DNA of 64,000 nt from an uncultured Bacteroidota bacterium (lineage in GTDB: Bacteria > Bacteroidota > Bacteroidia > Bacteroidales > VadinHA17), in contig CAVYYM010000020.1 in assembly GCA_963772715.1 (NCBI GenBank), positions 19,918 through 83,917 of the forward strand, read 5' to 3'. The notes below the pieces were generated by a model that did no database searches, was not told the DNA's origin, and was given only the letters and a program-made list of their open reading frames with translations. The position numbers were made by a program, and so were the translations under genes. Within the stretch, counting starts at the first letter, position 1. The number at the start of each line of letters is the position of its first letter. Positions 47,158 through 56,381 of the stretch are shown in pieces.

Positions 47158-47934
47158 TCACCCTTTTTTATTGCCGAAGGTTCTCAGCTTTATCTCAGTG
47201 AGGACTTTTTTGGTATACAGAGGGAAATCGCCGTTCATCATCCATGAATAATAGGATGGTTCTTCCCGGAATACCTGTTCAACATGCTTTCCCTTATGCT
47301 TGCCGAAGTTGAAAGTCTCAACTCCGTTCTCATCAAGGATTATCCTTCCGGCAAAATCAGCGTTATTATTAAAGGCGCTGAAGTCAGCCAGTTTTTCGAC
47401 ATCATTCTCCAGGTCGGGATAAATGTCGAGCTGAGATTTCAGGACTTCGTATGTGGCAGCAGTGTCGGCTTCCGCTGAATGTGCATTTTTAAGGTCTTTT
47501 TTGCAATAGAACTGATATGCGGCTGCCAGTGTGCGCTGTTCCTTTTTATGGAAAATCACCTGTACATCGACATATCTTCTCTTCCTGAAATTAAAATCGT
47601 TGCTGGTGCGCAGGAACTCTTCCGCGAGAACCGGAATATCGAATTTAATTGCGTTATATCCTGCCAGGTCGCATCCCTCCAGGAAAACCGCAAGGTTCTT
47701 TGCTATATCCTTGAATTTCGGAGCATTAGCCACATCGGCATCCGAAATGCCATGTAATGCCGTGACCTTTGGAGGAATGGGCATTTCCGGATTGACCAGG
47801 GTGGTCATCCATTGCTCTTTGCCATTTGGAGTGATCTTCAGAAGCGAGATCTCAACAATACGGTCGGCAGCAACATTGATGCCTGTTGTTTCGAGATCGA
47901 GGAATACAATCGGACGTTTTAGCTTAAGTTCCAA
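47158..47934 (-). CDS. DEDDh 3'-5' exonuclease (DnaQ/epsilon-like)
   Basis: ExoI VFLDLETTG, ExoII GYNAIKFDIPVL, ExoIII HSAEADTAATYEV. Confidence 0.85.
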   Translation of the reverse strand: MELKLKRPIVFLDLETTGINVAADRIVEISLLKITPNGKEQWMTTLVNPEMPIPPKVTALHGISDADVANAPKFKDIAKNLAVFLEGCDLAGYNAIKFDIPVLAEEFLRTSNDFNFRKRRYVDVQVIFHKKEQRTLAAAYQFYCKKDLKNAHSAEADTAATYEVLKSQLDIYPDLENDVEKLADFSAFNNNADFAGRIILDENGVETFNFGKHKGKHVEQVFREEPSYYSWMMNGDFPLYTKKVLTEIKLRTFGNKKG

Positions 47935-47936
47935 TG

Positions 47937-49068
47937 TCAGGCATTTATCATCATCGGCATAAGGAGCATTAGCAGGTCCTCGGCTTCATTTTCTGTTTCT
48001 GCGGGCAGGAACAGTCCAGCTCTCGTAGGATCAGCCAGCTCTATCATCACATCCTGTGAGGCGATATTTGCCAGAATCTCCAGCAGAAAGACCGATTTGA
48101 ACCCTATTTCGATCTCTTCGCCCTCATACTGGCATTTTATCCTCTCATAGGCTGAAATGGAGAAATCGATATCCTGAGCCGAGACCATCACCTGGTTTCC
48201 TTTCAACTGAAGCTTAACCAGGTTGCTTGCCTGGTTGGAGAAATACGGATACTCTTTTAAGCGTATTGTAGAACTCAACCCTGTCGATGGTGATCTTCCG
48301 CGGATTATTCTTAGGAATAACTGAATTGTAGTTCGGATAATTGCCTTCAACGAGCCGGCAGACTACCTTATAGTCGTTCAGGTTGAAGAAAGCATTCTTA
48401 TCATCGAATTCGACCTTGAAAGGCCCTTCCTCCCTGGGAAGAATGTTTCTTAAAAGCGATGCTGGCTTTTTCGGAAGGATGAATGATGCATTATCGTCGG
48501 CATGAGCGTCGCTCCTCTGGTATCTGACAAGCTTATGTGCATCGGAGGCAACGAAAGTTATTTTGTCGGTCGATGCTTCGATAAATATCCCTCCCATCAC
48601 CGGACGCAGCTCATCATCAGCTGTGGCGAACAGAGTCTTGCTTATTCCCGCAAGCATGATATCGGCGTTGATGCTGAAGGAGAATTTCTTATCCTTCTTG
48701 ATTGCCGGCAGTGCCGGGAAATCAATACCATTCTGCCCCATGACATTGAATTTGCCGTTTTCGGAGCTGATAACCACTGCCATCGTATCGATATTGATAT
48801 CGAATGTCAAAGGCTGAGCTGAAAACTCTTTCAGAGTGTCGAGCAGTATCCTTGCCGGAAGGGCAATCATGCCATCGCCCTGGGTATTCTCCAGCTTCAT
48901 CCTGGTTATGAGTGTCGACTCGAGATCGGATGCAGTGATTTCGAGATCGTTTCCGCTGAGATTGAACAAGAAGTTATCAAGAATAGGGAGTGTATTCTTC
49001 GAGCTGATTACCCTGCTGATGGCCTGCAGATGACCAAGAAGCTCAGTGCTGGAAACTACAAATTTCAT
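47937..49068 (-). CDS. dnaN: DNA polymerase III beta sliding clamp, interrupted by a 1-nt frameshift near 48235-48245
   Basis: ORF 48214..49068 (MKFVVSSTELLGHLQAISRVISSKNTLPILDNFLF...) joins ORF 47937..48350 (...SNQASNLVKLQLKGNQVMVSAQDIDFS...LLMPMMINA). The junction ...RVSVF|SNQASN... is restored by removing one base in gtatttctccaac. Confidence 0.85.
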
Positions 49069-49204
49069 ATTGTTTTCAGTTTAAGTTGAATTCCAAGTTA
49101 AGTCCTTTTATCTATTTCATTAATTATTAACAAATTGAGCCATTTTCTGCGCTCAATTCTCAATTATCAATATTACAAAAAAAATATATTCCCTCAAACA
49201 AAAA

Positions 49205-50182
49205 TTATTGGGCATAGAAATAGGATCTCTTTTTAAGCAGCGGGTCAATATCATAATATCTCATAATAAAGATTTCATCCCTTAAATTTGTCATTCCCCA
49301 GAGCCTGTCACTGTCCTTTTCTCCTGTTTCCCAGTTGGTTTTTTCCCAGAGTGTAAGCAAAATGTTTGTGCCATCTGACTTTTTCACCGTGATCCTGCAC
49401 AGAGGACTTTCTGATTTAATACTGTCAGCTTCAGCTTGTGAAAGATCAAGCGCCCAGCTTTCAAAAGGGATCAGCGTAAAATAGGATATGTAACGACTGA
49501 CACGCGATGAATCCCATCCTAAACGAGTGGTATTCCCATAAGAAAGAGTGTAAACATTATTCCTTCCGTCTATTATGAATGAGGAGGACGGGTCTGCAAC
49601 ATTCTCAAATGAAACGAAAGAGATCTCCGATGGAAGAAGATTAAAAACCGTATACGGCAGCCAGAAGAGTTCGTTCATTGTGAATCCTGAGCCTATATCC
49701 CCTTCATATCCCGGAACAAAAACGATAAAAGGCTTCGACTTCTCCTTTATCTTCATGAAATTCCCGTAAATGTTCGATCCGGTCTTGTACACAAGGAAAG
49801 AAGACAGGAGCTTGCTGTTCTCGAACACCCTTACCCTTACAGGATCGATGTGTTTACTTGCAACCTCCTGCTGAAACAAGTCAGGAGATACAGGTGACTT
49901 GATCTTTATCTCAGTCAGAATTCTTTCGATGAATGAAATTGCGCTTCGCCTTGCCTCATTCCTTCCGTTTACCATCCATGTATCGCCTTTCTTTTCAAGG
50001 GAAAGCTTTTGGTCTTCCCCTGAAAGCTCTATACGGGTTATTTCCTTCTGTGGCACTGAAGCGAACGAGGCCTGGTCTTTCCCGAAAGGCGTTCTGTTCC
50101 GTAAAAGAAGAACAATTGCCAGGGCAATGATCAGAAGGATGATCAGAGAAATATTCCTGGAGGCTAATTTATCCAATATCAA
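49205..50182 (-). CDS. DUF4340-like membrane-anchored protein downstream of gldG
   Basis: TM segment ISLIILLIIALAIVLLL. The ORF-track start at 50275 overlaps gldG by ~100 nt, so I prefer a TTG start near 50182/50176. The family assignment is from memory of gldFG-DUF4340 synteny. Confidence 0.5.
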   Translation of the reverse strand: MILDKLASRNISLIILLIIALAIVLLLRNRTPFGKDQASFASVPQKEITRIELSGEDQKLSLEKKGDTWMVNGRNEARRSAISFIERILTEIKIKSPVSPDLFQQEVASKHIDPVRVRVFENSKLLSSFLVYKTGSNIYGNFMKIKEKSKPFIVFVPGYEGDIGSGFTMNELFWLPYTVFNLLPSEISFVSFENVADPSSSFIIDGRNNVYTLSYGNTTRLGWDSSRVSRYISYFTLIPFESWALDLSQAEADSIKSESPLCRITVKKSDGTNILLTLWEKTNWETGEKDSDRLWGMTNLRDEIFIMRYYDIDPLLKKRSYFYAQ

Positions 50183-51894
50183 TACCTTGTATATTTCCTT
50201 TTCCTGAAAAAGCCATAGATGAGACCGGCAAGTATAACAATAAGGACTGGCCCGGCGACATTTATCAACTGCCACATGCTCTTCCCGGCCTTGATCCTTG
50301 GCCTGTCCAGAAGCCTCATTTTCACCTCCCGTGATCTCAGCTGCATAAGACCGTTATCGTCTACCAGATAATTAATGCAATTGACAATAAAATCCCTGTT
50401 GCCTATTATCTGGCCGGTATACCTGTCATTGCTCAGCGGGAAGAATCCGGAAGAGGTTCCTGATCTTGAAATTTCATTTCTGATAATATCGCCATCGGCA
50501 ACGACGATCATCTTCGTTTTGCTGCTTTGATTCTTTAATTTAAAATCTGTCCCTGACACCAGGTTTCCGGTCATCCTGTTCTTATAAGCCGACGGGAAAA
50601 CTCCCTCAAGCAGGACTGAAACGGGTATATTCGACTTTTGGTAATTCTTTTCATCAGGAGTCAGCTCAGCTTCCCTGAGGCTTATCCGCATTGGTGGTGA
50701 AACTGTGGAGGAATACCTGGAAGTGGAAAGCAGCACACTCTTTTTTATAAGAGGATCAAGTCCCACGGTATCAATTGTATTCACAAATTTTCCGGCAACC
50801 CTGTTCAGGTTCCTTGTGACAGGATGATCGTTCCTGGGATAAAGCAGAGGATAGTAGATCCACGGAGCAGGTACGATCTGTTTGTTTTCCGGTCCGGTCA
50901 GTACAGTCAGGGGTATTACCATGCAATCCATATCCTGAACAATTTCGGGATTAATCCTTGCACCATATCTGAAAAGCTGATCTTCTATATTCAGCGGGGA
51001 ATAAATGCCCACTGTTTCGCCCTGAGCAAGAGAATCCGAATTGACAAACACCTCTTCAAAAAGCCATAATACCTTTCCTCCGTTCATGATATACTGATCG
51101 ATTACCAGCTTGTCTGCTTCACTGAATTCCCTAGTGGGACCGGCAATTATTATTGCAGAATAATTGTCAAGAATGCCCTGTTTTCCGCCAATAGTTCCCC
51201 TGTCGACCGTAAAGTACTTGGCAAGGTTTCTGGTGACATCCGCAACTTCGATCTCCTGATACTCACCATGTCCTTCCAGAAAGGCCACCTTGTAAATGGT
51301 ATCAGAGGTTATCGTTTCAATAATCTGGATCATCTCATATTCAAGACTTTCCTGTGAGTGGAGAATATTCTGCTCAGATGAGACTGACTGATCATTCTTA
51401 AGGAAGTCGAGAGGCACCTCTGCTCCATTATAATTAAAGATCATGCCCGGGAAGACCATTTTCTGACTTGAACCTCCTTCCTCGTCGCTCGCAATTATTT
51501 TCATCGGACTTAGTCCTTTGTCGATCAAAGCCATATACTGGTCTTCCCTCTGTTTTGCATTTCCCGATCCGGCAGGATTAATGAACTCGTAATCGATTTT
51601 TCGTCCCGATTCGATCCTGAATTCCTCAAGCATCTCCTGAACGGTTCTTCTGAGCCTCTTCAGAGGGATCGGCATTTCACCATCCAGATAGACCTGGATA
51701 TAAACATCATTTTCCAGTCCGTTCAGGACCTCCCTCGCAGGTTCGGAAAGCGTATATCTTCTGTCTTCGGTCAGATCGAGTCTTACGCGTACCAGGCTTG
51801 TGGCTGCAGCAATGAGGATAACGGCACCAGCCGTTACAGCAAACTGTATCCAGCTTCTGAGCCTTATATTTCCCGGTGCTTTGTTTTCAGCCAT
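50179..51894 (-). CDS. gldG: Gliding-motility-associated ABC transporter auxiliary protein GldG
   Basis: 571 aa. It has an N-terminal TM, then RVRLDLTEDRRYTLSEPAREVL, and a C-terminal TM (LINVAGPVLIVILAGLIYGF). It lies immediately downstream of gldF. Confidence 0.8.
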   Translation of the reverse strand: MAENKAPGNIRLRSWIQFAVTAGAVILIAAATSLVRVRLDLTEDRRYTLSEPAREVLNGLENDVYIQVYLDGEMPIPLKRLRRTVQEMLEEFRIESGRKIDYEFINPAGSGNAKQREDQYMALIDKGLSPMKIIASDEEGGSSQKMVFPGMIFNYNGAEVPLDFLKNDQSVSSEQNILHSQESLEYEMIQIIETITSDTIYKVAFLEGHGEYQEIEVADVTRNLAKYFTVDRGTIGGKQGILDNYSAIIIAGPTREFSEADKLVIDQYIMNGGKVLWLFEEVFVNSDSLAQGETVGIYSPLNIEDQLFRYGARINPEIVQDMDCMVIPLTVLTGPENKQIVPAPWIYYPLLYPRNDHPVTRNLNRVAGKFVNTIDTVGLDPLIKKSVLLSTSRYSSTVSPPMRISLREAELTPDEKNYQKSNIPVSVLLEGVFPSAYKNRMTGNLVSGTDFKLKNQSSKTKMIVVADGDIIRNEISRSGTSSGFFPLSNDRYTGQIIGNRDFIVNCINYLVDDNGLMQLRSREVKMRLLDRPRIKAGKSMWQLINVAGPVLIVILAGLIYGFFRKRKYTRY

Positions 51895-51897
51895 TAC

Positions 51898-52641
51898 TCA
51901 ACCTGTTTTTTTCCATTTGCGTGAAAGAAGCACAAGCCGTGTCGCTTCATTGAAAATGACCGATACAGCAATGAAATATACTATATCCCTCAGGTCGATG
52001 ACACCTCTGCTCAATGATTTGTAATGTTCGTTTATCCCAAGGCCGATCACAAGCTCATCGAGTTTTTTAAGTCCGGGCAGGTAGGCGAAAGAATCGAAGC
52101 CCATGAACATCACTAAACATATGAGGACAGCAAAAATGAATGCAATTACCTGGTTATCGGTAAGTGACGAGGCAAAAATGCCGGCAGAGGCATATATGGC
52201 TGCAAGAAAGAAGAGACCTGCAAATGCCCCCCAGGTACCTCCCCTGTCAAGATTGCCGGGAGTTTCTCCAAGAGCATAAACCGAAAGATAATATACAAGG
52301 CAGGGAAGAAGTGAAAGCAGAACGAGCGCCACTGAAGCAAGGTATTTGCCCCAGATGATCTCTCTCTCTGTAACAGGTTTCGAGTACAAAAGCTCTATCG
52401 TTCCGAGTCGTTTCTCCTCTGCGATCATTTTCATCGTAACTGCAGGAACCAGGAAAAGGAATACCCATGGAGACAGGAAAAAAAGCGTGTCGAGACCGGC
52501 ATATCCGCTGTCGATAATATTTAGCTCGCCCGGGAAAACCCACATGAAAAGCGAGTTGGCCAGCAGGAAAACAATGATCACTATATAACCTGTCAGGCTG
52601 CTGAAAAATCCGCTTATTTCTTTCCTGAAAATCGCAAGCAT
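51898..52641 (-). CDS. gldF: Gliding-motility-associated ABC transporter permease GldF (ABC-2 type)
   Basis: MLAIFRKEISGFFSSLTGYIVIIVFLL...MKMIAEEKRLGTIELLYSKPV.... Six TM segments. Confidence 0.8.
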   Translation of the reverse strand: MLAIFRKEISGFFSSLTGYIVIIVFLLANSLFMWVFPGELNIIDSGYAGLDTLFFLSPWVFLFLVPAVTMKMIAEEKRLGTIELLYSKPVTEREIIWGKYLASVALVLLSLLPCLVYYLSVYALGETPGNLDRGGTWGAFAGLFFLAAIYASAGIFASSLTDNQVIAFIFAVLICLVMFMGFDSFAYLPGLKKLDELVIGLGINEHYKSLSRGVIDLRDIVYFIAVSVIFNEATRLVLLSRKWKKTG

Positions 52642-52708
52642 ATTAGAAGTTGACTGGCAAAAATAATGAAATTAGAGATTGGTTTAGATATTTGTTCCTC
52701 ATTGAACC

Positions 52709-52830
52709 ACATGTACTCACCCCCTTAATCCCCCTCTCTGCTGAAGCAAAGAGGGAAGCTATTCATTATTAATTTATTAAGCCCCCTGCCATGCTTCAGC
52801 AGGGAAGGGGGTTTGGGGGAAGGGTACATG
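52709..52830. repeat. Inverted pair of the GC-rich REP-like element (same family as 31265-31316 / 31793-31843) with a 23-bp AT spacer and no cargo
   Basis: The left copy is catgtactcacccccttaatccccctctctgctgaagcaaagagggaag. The reverse complement of the right copy is catgtacccttcccccaaacccccttccctgctgaagcatggcaggggg. Confidence 0.8.
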
Positions 52831-52833
52831 AAA

Positions 52834-53967
52834 TTAAAAAGAATTCAGAAGTCTATCCTTACACCCGTATAGTAAGAATCCTATTATCTGCCTGTAATTG
52901 AATCCCTTTGCCGCCATCTCCATCGCCCCTTCCTGGCATAAGCCTACACCATGTCCATATCCTCTTCCCCTGAACATGGCTGAATCTCCGACTATGGCAA
53001 CGGAAAAGAAAGTCGATCGCAGATTGAGATCACTTCTGATCTGACGAAGTGGTATTGAGAATTCGCCTGCCTTGTAATTCGTTGATCTTGTTAACTGTGA
53101 AAAATTTAACAGTGACGTATTACCCGTACTGCCCGTGTAGCCTGATTTCCGGAGGTAAGCGATCCACCCTTCGAGACTTATAGATATATTCCATCTGGCG
53201 TTCCGGGATGCGAGGCAGTAAGGATCCTTCACTTTCCTGAGGTAAGGCTGCGAGGCAAGCCATACATCTTCCGAAGGAGATGTCTCTCCTCCGCAGTTGG
53301 AATGAAAAGCAGAAATTATCGGAAGCGTGTCGGGACCGAGTATCACCTCTCCCATGGTTTCGATGGCTGCCCTGATTATAATAGTATCGCTGGTCAGTCC
53401 GTTGAAAGACTGGCAGTGAGTATTGTCGCAAAGATTAAAATGGTCTGCGACATGCTTGTCAATATACCTGTACAAATAAGTGCGTGCTATGACAGCCTGC
53501 GTCTTGAAATACTCCCTATTCTTTCCTGAGCCTCCTTCCGATTTAACGACGCCGGCGATATAAGATTCGACATCGCAAATGTTTATGAACAGAAGGGTGC
53601 TGAGGTCAGGAAGACACTTAAGATCACCTGAATAGCTTTGTCTCAACTGAGTTTTTCCATATGTTCTGACAGAGAAGATATCCGTGCCGGTCCTGCCTGA
53701 AAGCAGGACAGAATCGCAGATGATACCTGTATCGTTCATCACCTTTACGGCCAGCCTGTCCTTGAATTTCGAGATTGCTACCAGGGTTCCTGGTTTTATA
53801 ATCCAGTTGTCACCTGAATAAGTATTGAGTTCGTATTCGCCGGCAATAACAGAGAATACTGCTGATTCCGGTGTCTGATCCGCAAAGATCCGGATCTTCA
53901 CCTGAGCTGAAACAGCTGATTTTACGATAAATAATAAAATAAATAAGATTGAAAGTCTTAATCTCAT
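52834..53967 (-). CDS. SpoIID/LytB-domain protein
   Basis: Signal peptide MRLRLSILFILLFIVKSAVSAQ. The motifs ...AVIARTYLYRY...HFNLCDNTHCQSFNG...HSNCGGET...RGRGYGHGVGLCQEGA are typical of SpoIID. Confidence 0.8.
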   Translation of the reverse strand: MRLRLSILFILLFIVKSAVSAQVKIRIFADQTPESAVFSVIAGEYELNTYSGDNWIIKPGTLVAISKFKDRLAVKVMNDTGIICDSVLLSGRTGTDIFSVRTYGKTQLRQSYSGDLKCLPDLSTLLFINICDVESYIAGVVKSEGGSGKNREYFKTQAVIARTYLYRYIDKHVADHFNLCDNTHCQSFNGLTSDTIIIRAAIETMGEVILGPDTLPIISAFHSNCGGETSPSEDVWLASQPYLRKVKDPYCLASRNARWNISISLEGWIAYLRKSGYTGSTGNTSLLNFSQLTRSTNYKAGEFSIPLRQIRSDLNLRSTFFSVAIVGDSAMFRGRGYGHGVGLCQEGAMEMAAKGFNYRQIIGFLLYGCKDRLLNSF

Positions 53968-53978
53968 AAACCCATTCC

Positions 53979-54025
53979 TTTCACACTTTCACACTTTCTC
54001 CCATTCTCTATTCTCCTATTCTCCC
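53979..54025. repeat. Short tandem arrays (ttcacact x2; attctc-type x3-4) spanning the lpxB stop
   Basis: Read directly: ttcacactttcacactttctcccattctctattctcctattctcc. Confidence 0.6.
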
Positions 54026-55143
54026 CTTCTCATTTCACTGATCATTTCAGCGGCGATCCTTGCCGATGCTCCCGAAGGACCGAGCTTTTCACTTAATGTC
54101 TTGTAATCATCGATCATTTTCGCCCTGTTTTCACCGCCGGGTAAAATTGATTTCAGTTCTTTAACCAGATTTTTTTCATTGACTTTGTACTGTAAAAGCT
54201 CTTTAACAACTTCGGAATCCATAATGAGGTTCACAAGTGAGATATATTTTACTTTAATAAGAGCCCAGCTTATCAGCATCGAGAAGAAATCTCCTTTATA
54301 GCATACCACCTGTGGTATCCCCAGAAGCGCTGTTTCCAGCGTTGCTGTACCAGACTTCACGAGGGCTGCATCAGCGATATTCAGGATCTCGTATGTTTTT
54401 TCCCTGAAAAGCTTTACTGGTTCTTCATTCAGAATCCTTGAGTAAAGCTCATCCGGCAGGTTCTTTACTCCTGCCAGAACAAACTGGTATTCAGGGAAAT
54501 GCTTCGCCGCTTTTATCATCTGGGGAAGGATGCTTTCCACTTCATGCTTTCTGCTTCCTGCCAGCATGGCAATCACCGGTTTCTCATCGAGGCCGAGCGA
54601 ACTAATAATCTCCTTCCGTGAAGGTAATGAGGCCCTCTTTTTTTCTATTTCGTCAACCAGCGGATTTCCACCGTATTTTACAGGTATACCGTATTTGCCG
54701 TAAAATCCGGTCTCAAACGGGAAGATAATGAACATCCTGTCCACATACTTCTTTACCTTTTTAACTCTTCCCTCGTTCCAGGCCCAGAATTTCGGGGATA
54801 TATAATAGAATACCCTTAATCCTTTCTTTTTCGCGAACTTTGCTATCCTGAGGTTGAATGCAGGAAAATCGATAAGGATAATGACATCGGGACTGAATTC
54901 AATGATCTGTTTTTTGCACAATGACAGATGGCGAGATATCGTCCCCAGGTTCTTCACGATCACAGTAAAACCCATGAAAGCGGTTTTCCTGTAATGCATA
55001 AGAAGCCTGGCTCCGGCATTTTCCATCAGATCGCCTCCCCAGCATACTGCCTCCGCATCTTTATCTGAAGCCTTAAGCTCCCTTACCAGGTTCGATCCGT
55101 GCAGATCGCCCGATTGCTCGCCTGCTACCAAGAAGTATTTCAT
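54016..55143 (-). CDS. lpxB: Lipid-A-disaccharide synthase
   Basis: Preferred start MKYFLVAGEQSGDLHGSNLVRELK (canonical LpxB N-terminus), then ...VKSGTATLETALLGIPQVVCYK. The ORF-track start at 55320 adds 59 implausible residues that overlap the upstream gene. Confidence 0.85.
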   Translation of the reverse strand: MKYFLVAGEQSGDLHGSNLVRELKASDKDAEAVCWGGDLMENAGARLLMHYRKTAFMGFTVIVKNLGTISRHLSLCKKQIIEFSPDVIILIDFPAFNLRIAKFAKKKGLRVFYYISPKFWAWNEGRVKKVKKYVDRMFIIFPFETGFYGKYGIPVKYGGNPLVDEIEKKRASLPSRKEIISSLGLDEKPVIAMLAGSRKHEVESILPQMIKAAKHFPEYQFVLAGVKNLPDELYSRILNEEPVKLFREKTYEILNIADAALVKSGTATLETALLGIPQVVCYKGDFFSMLISWALIKVKYISLVNLIMDSEVVKELLQYKVNEKNLVKELKSILPGGENRAKMIDDYKTLSEKLGPSGASARIAAEMISEMRRGE

Positions 55144-55439
55144 GCCAGGAACTTTACCAAAAGAACAATTAAGGCCCAGAATATTGTTATTCCCAGAACT
55201 CCGCGTGATGCCCTCAGCATGTCGAAGTGATTGAAGAGAAGAAAGATAAGCACATTCGGAAAAACACAGAGGCTTATGATGTTTGTCTCCATCCCCGCCG
55301 TCGAGATCTTTTGAAACCACTGGGTAAGTGTTGGGTCCCCCTTTGCAAAAATAAAAATGAAAAATGCGACTATCAGGGGGAGGAGGACTCCTGAAACTAT
55401 ACCTGTAGACATCCTGTCATATTTCTCAGCTATTGTCAT
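55140..55439 (-). CDS. Small 3-TM membrane protein between surE and lpxB
   Basis: 99 aa and hydrophobic. It has 4-nt overlaps with both neighbours, which suggests translational coupling. Confidence 0.55.
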   Translation of the reverse strand: MTIAEKYDRMSTGIVSGVLLPLIVAFFIFIFAKGDPTLTQWFQKISTAGMETNIISLCVFPNVLIFLLFNHFDMLRASRGVLGITIFWALIVLLVKFLA

Positions 55440-56236
55440 TTGACAAATCTCTCTTTCAGTTTATCGAGGTACCAGTGTGCAGTCATATCTACAGATACCG
55501 GCACTACCGAAACAAAGTTGTGGTCCAGTGCCCATTCATCAGTATCATCAGCATCAGGCTCATGATTCTGGAAAACCCCGGTAAGCCAATAATATGTTTT
55601 GCCCATCGGATCCTTCCTTTTTTCAAATTCCTCTTTCCAGTTGCCTCTCGATTGCCTGCAAATCTTTATTCCTTTAATCTTGTCCGCTTCCACGGCGGGC
55701 ACATTGACATTCAGGCATATTCCCGGAGGCAGCGGCTCTGAATCAAGCTTCTTCATTACGATTCTGATATAATCCTTACAGACAGAAAAATCGGCAGCCG
55801 GAGAAAAGCTGTTGAGTGAAAAACCGACAGCGCATATTCCGTATAGACACCCTTCAAGGGCAGCAGCCATTGTACCCGAATAGAGAACGCTCACTGACGC
55901 ATTGGCGCCATGATTTATGCCAGCCACAACATAGTCAGGAGCCCGCTCGAGCAGCTGGTTTATAGCCAGTTTTACACTGTCGGTGGGTGTCCCGTTGCAT
56001 GCATAGATCCTGTGCTTGTCATTTTCTTCGAGCAGCTTGACGCGCAAAGGCGTTTTTACCGTAAGGGCCTGCGACATGCCTGACTGACTCTCCATTGTGG
56101 AAATGAGAACAATTTTGCCGAACTCCTCCATGACTTCAAGGAGTGTCTTCAAACCGGCAGCATACAGGCCATCGTCATTCGTTAACAGGATAAGCTTGTC
56201 ATTTTTTTCAATAACCATAAATAAACGTTTGTTCAC
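55436..56236 (-). CDS. surE: 5'/3'-nucleotidase SurE
   Basis: ILLTNDDGLYAAGLKTL...VAGINHGANASVSVLYSGTMAAALEG. The start is at 56236 or at the internal MVIEK (56218). Confidence 0.9.
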   Translation of the reverse strand: MNKRLFMVIEKNDKLILLTNDDGLYAAGLKTLLEVMEEFGKIVLISTMESQSGMSQALTVKTPLRVKLLEENDKHRIYACNGTPTDSVKLAINQLLERAPDYVVAGINHGANASVSVLYSGTMAAALEGCLYGICAVGFSLNSFSPAADFSVCKDYIRIVMKKLDSEPLPPGICLNVNVPAVEADKIKGIKICRQSRGNWKEEFEKRKDPMGKTYYWLTGVFQNHEPDADDTDEWALDHNFVSVVPVSVDMTAHWYLDKLKERFVK

Positions 56237-56267
56237 AAAGATAGATAATTACCTTTCTTAAAATTCT

Positions 56268-56275
56268 TACTTTTG
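56268..56275 (+). promoter_or_regulatory. Candidate Bacteroidota -7 promoter box (TACTTTTG) upstream of pheT
   Basis: It matches TAnnTTTG and lies 107 nt upstream of the pheT ATG. The heptamer hairpin sits between the box and the start codon. Confidence 0.3.
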
Positions 56276-56291
56276 CGTTTTGTTGTTTATA

Positions 56292-56366
56292 AAGACGGAA
56301 GAAGAAGTCAGAAGACGGAAAAAAATACTTCGGACTTCGGTCTTCTGACTTTTGACTTTTGAATTT
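56292..56366. repeat. Heptamer-array element present in both orientations, forming a 12-bp perfect hairpin
   Basis: The stem is aagtcagaagac (56305-56316) / gtcttctgactt (56340-56351). The flanking units are aagacgg aagaaga ... acttcgg acttcgg tcttctg acttttg acttttg. Confidence 0.8.
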
Positions 56367-56381
56367 TAATATAACTCTGAA

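Noticed and set aside
49069-49204. Possible replication-origin region upstream of dnaN.
   Set aside because: dnaA is not adjacent and I could not find clustered TTATCCACA-like DnaA boxes. The spacer only shows a weak 6-bp hairpin (ttgagc...gctcaa).
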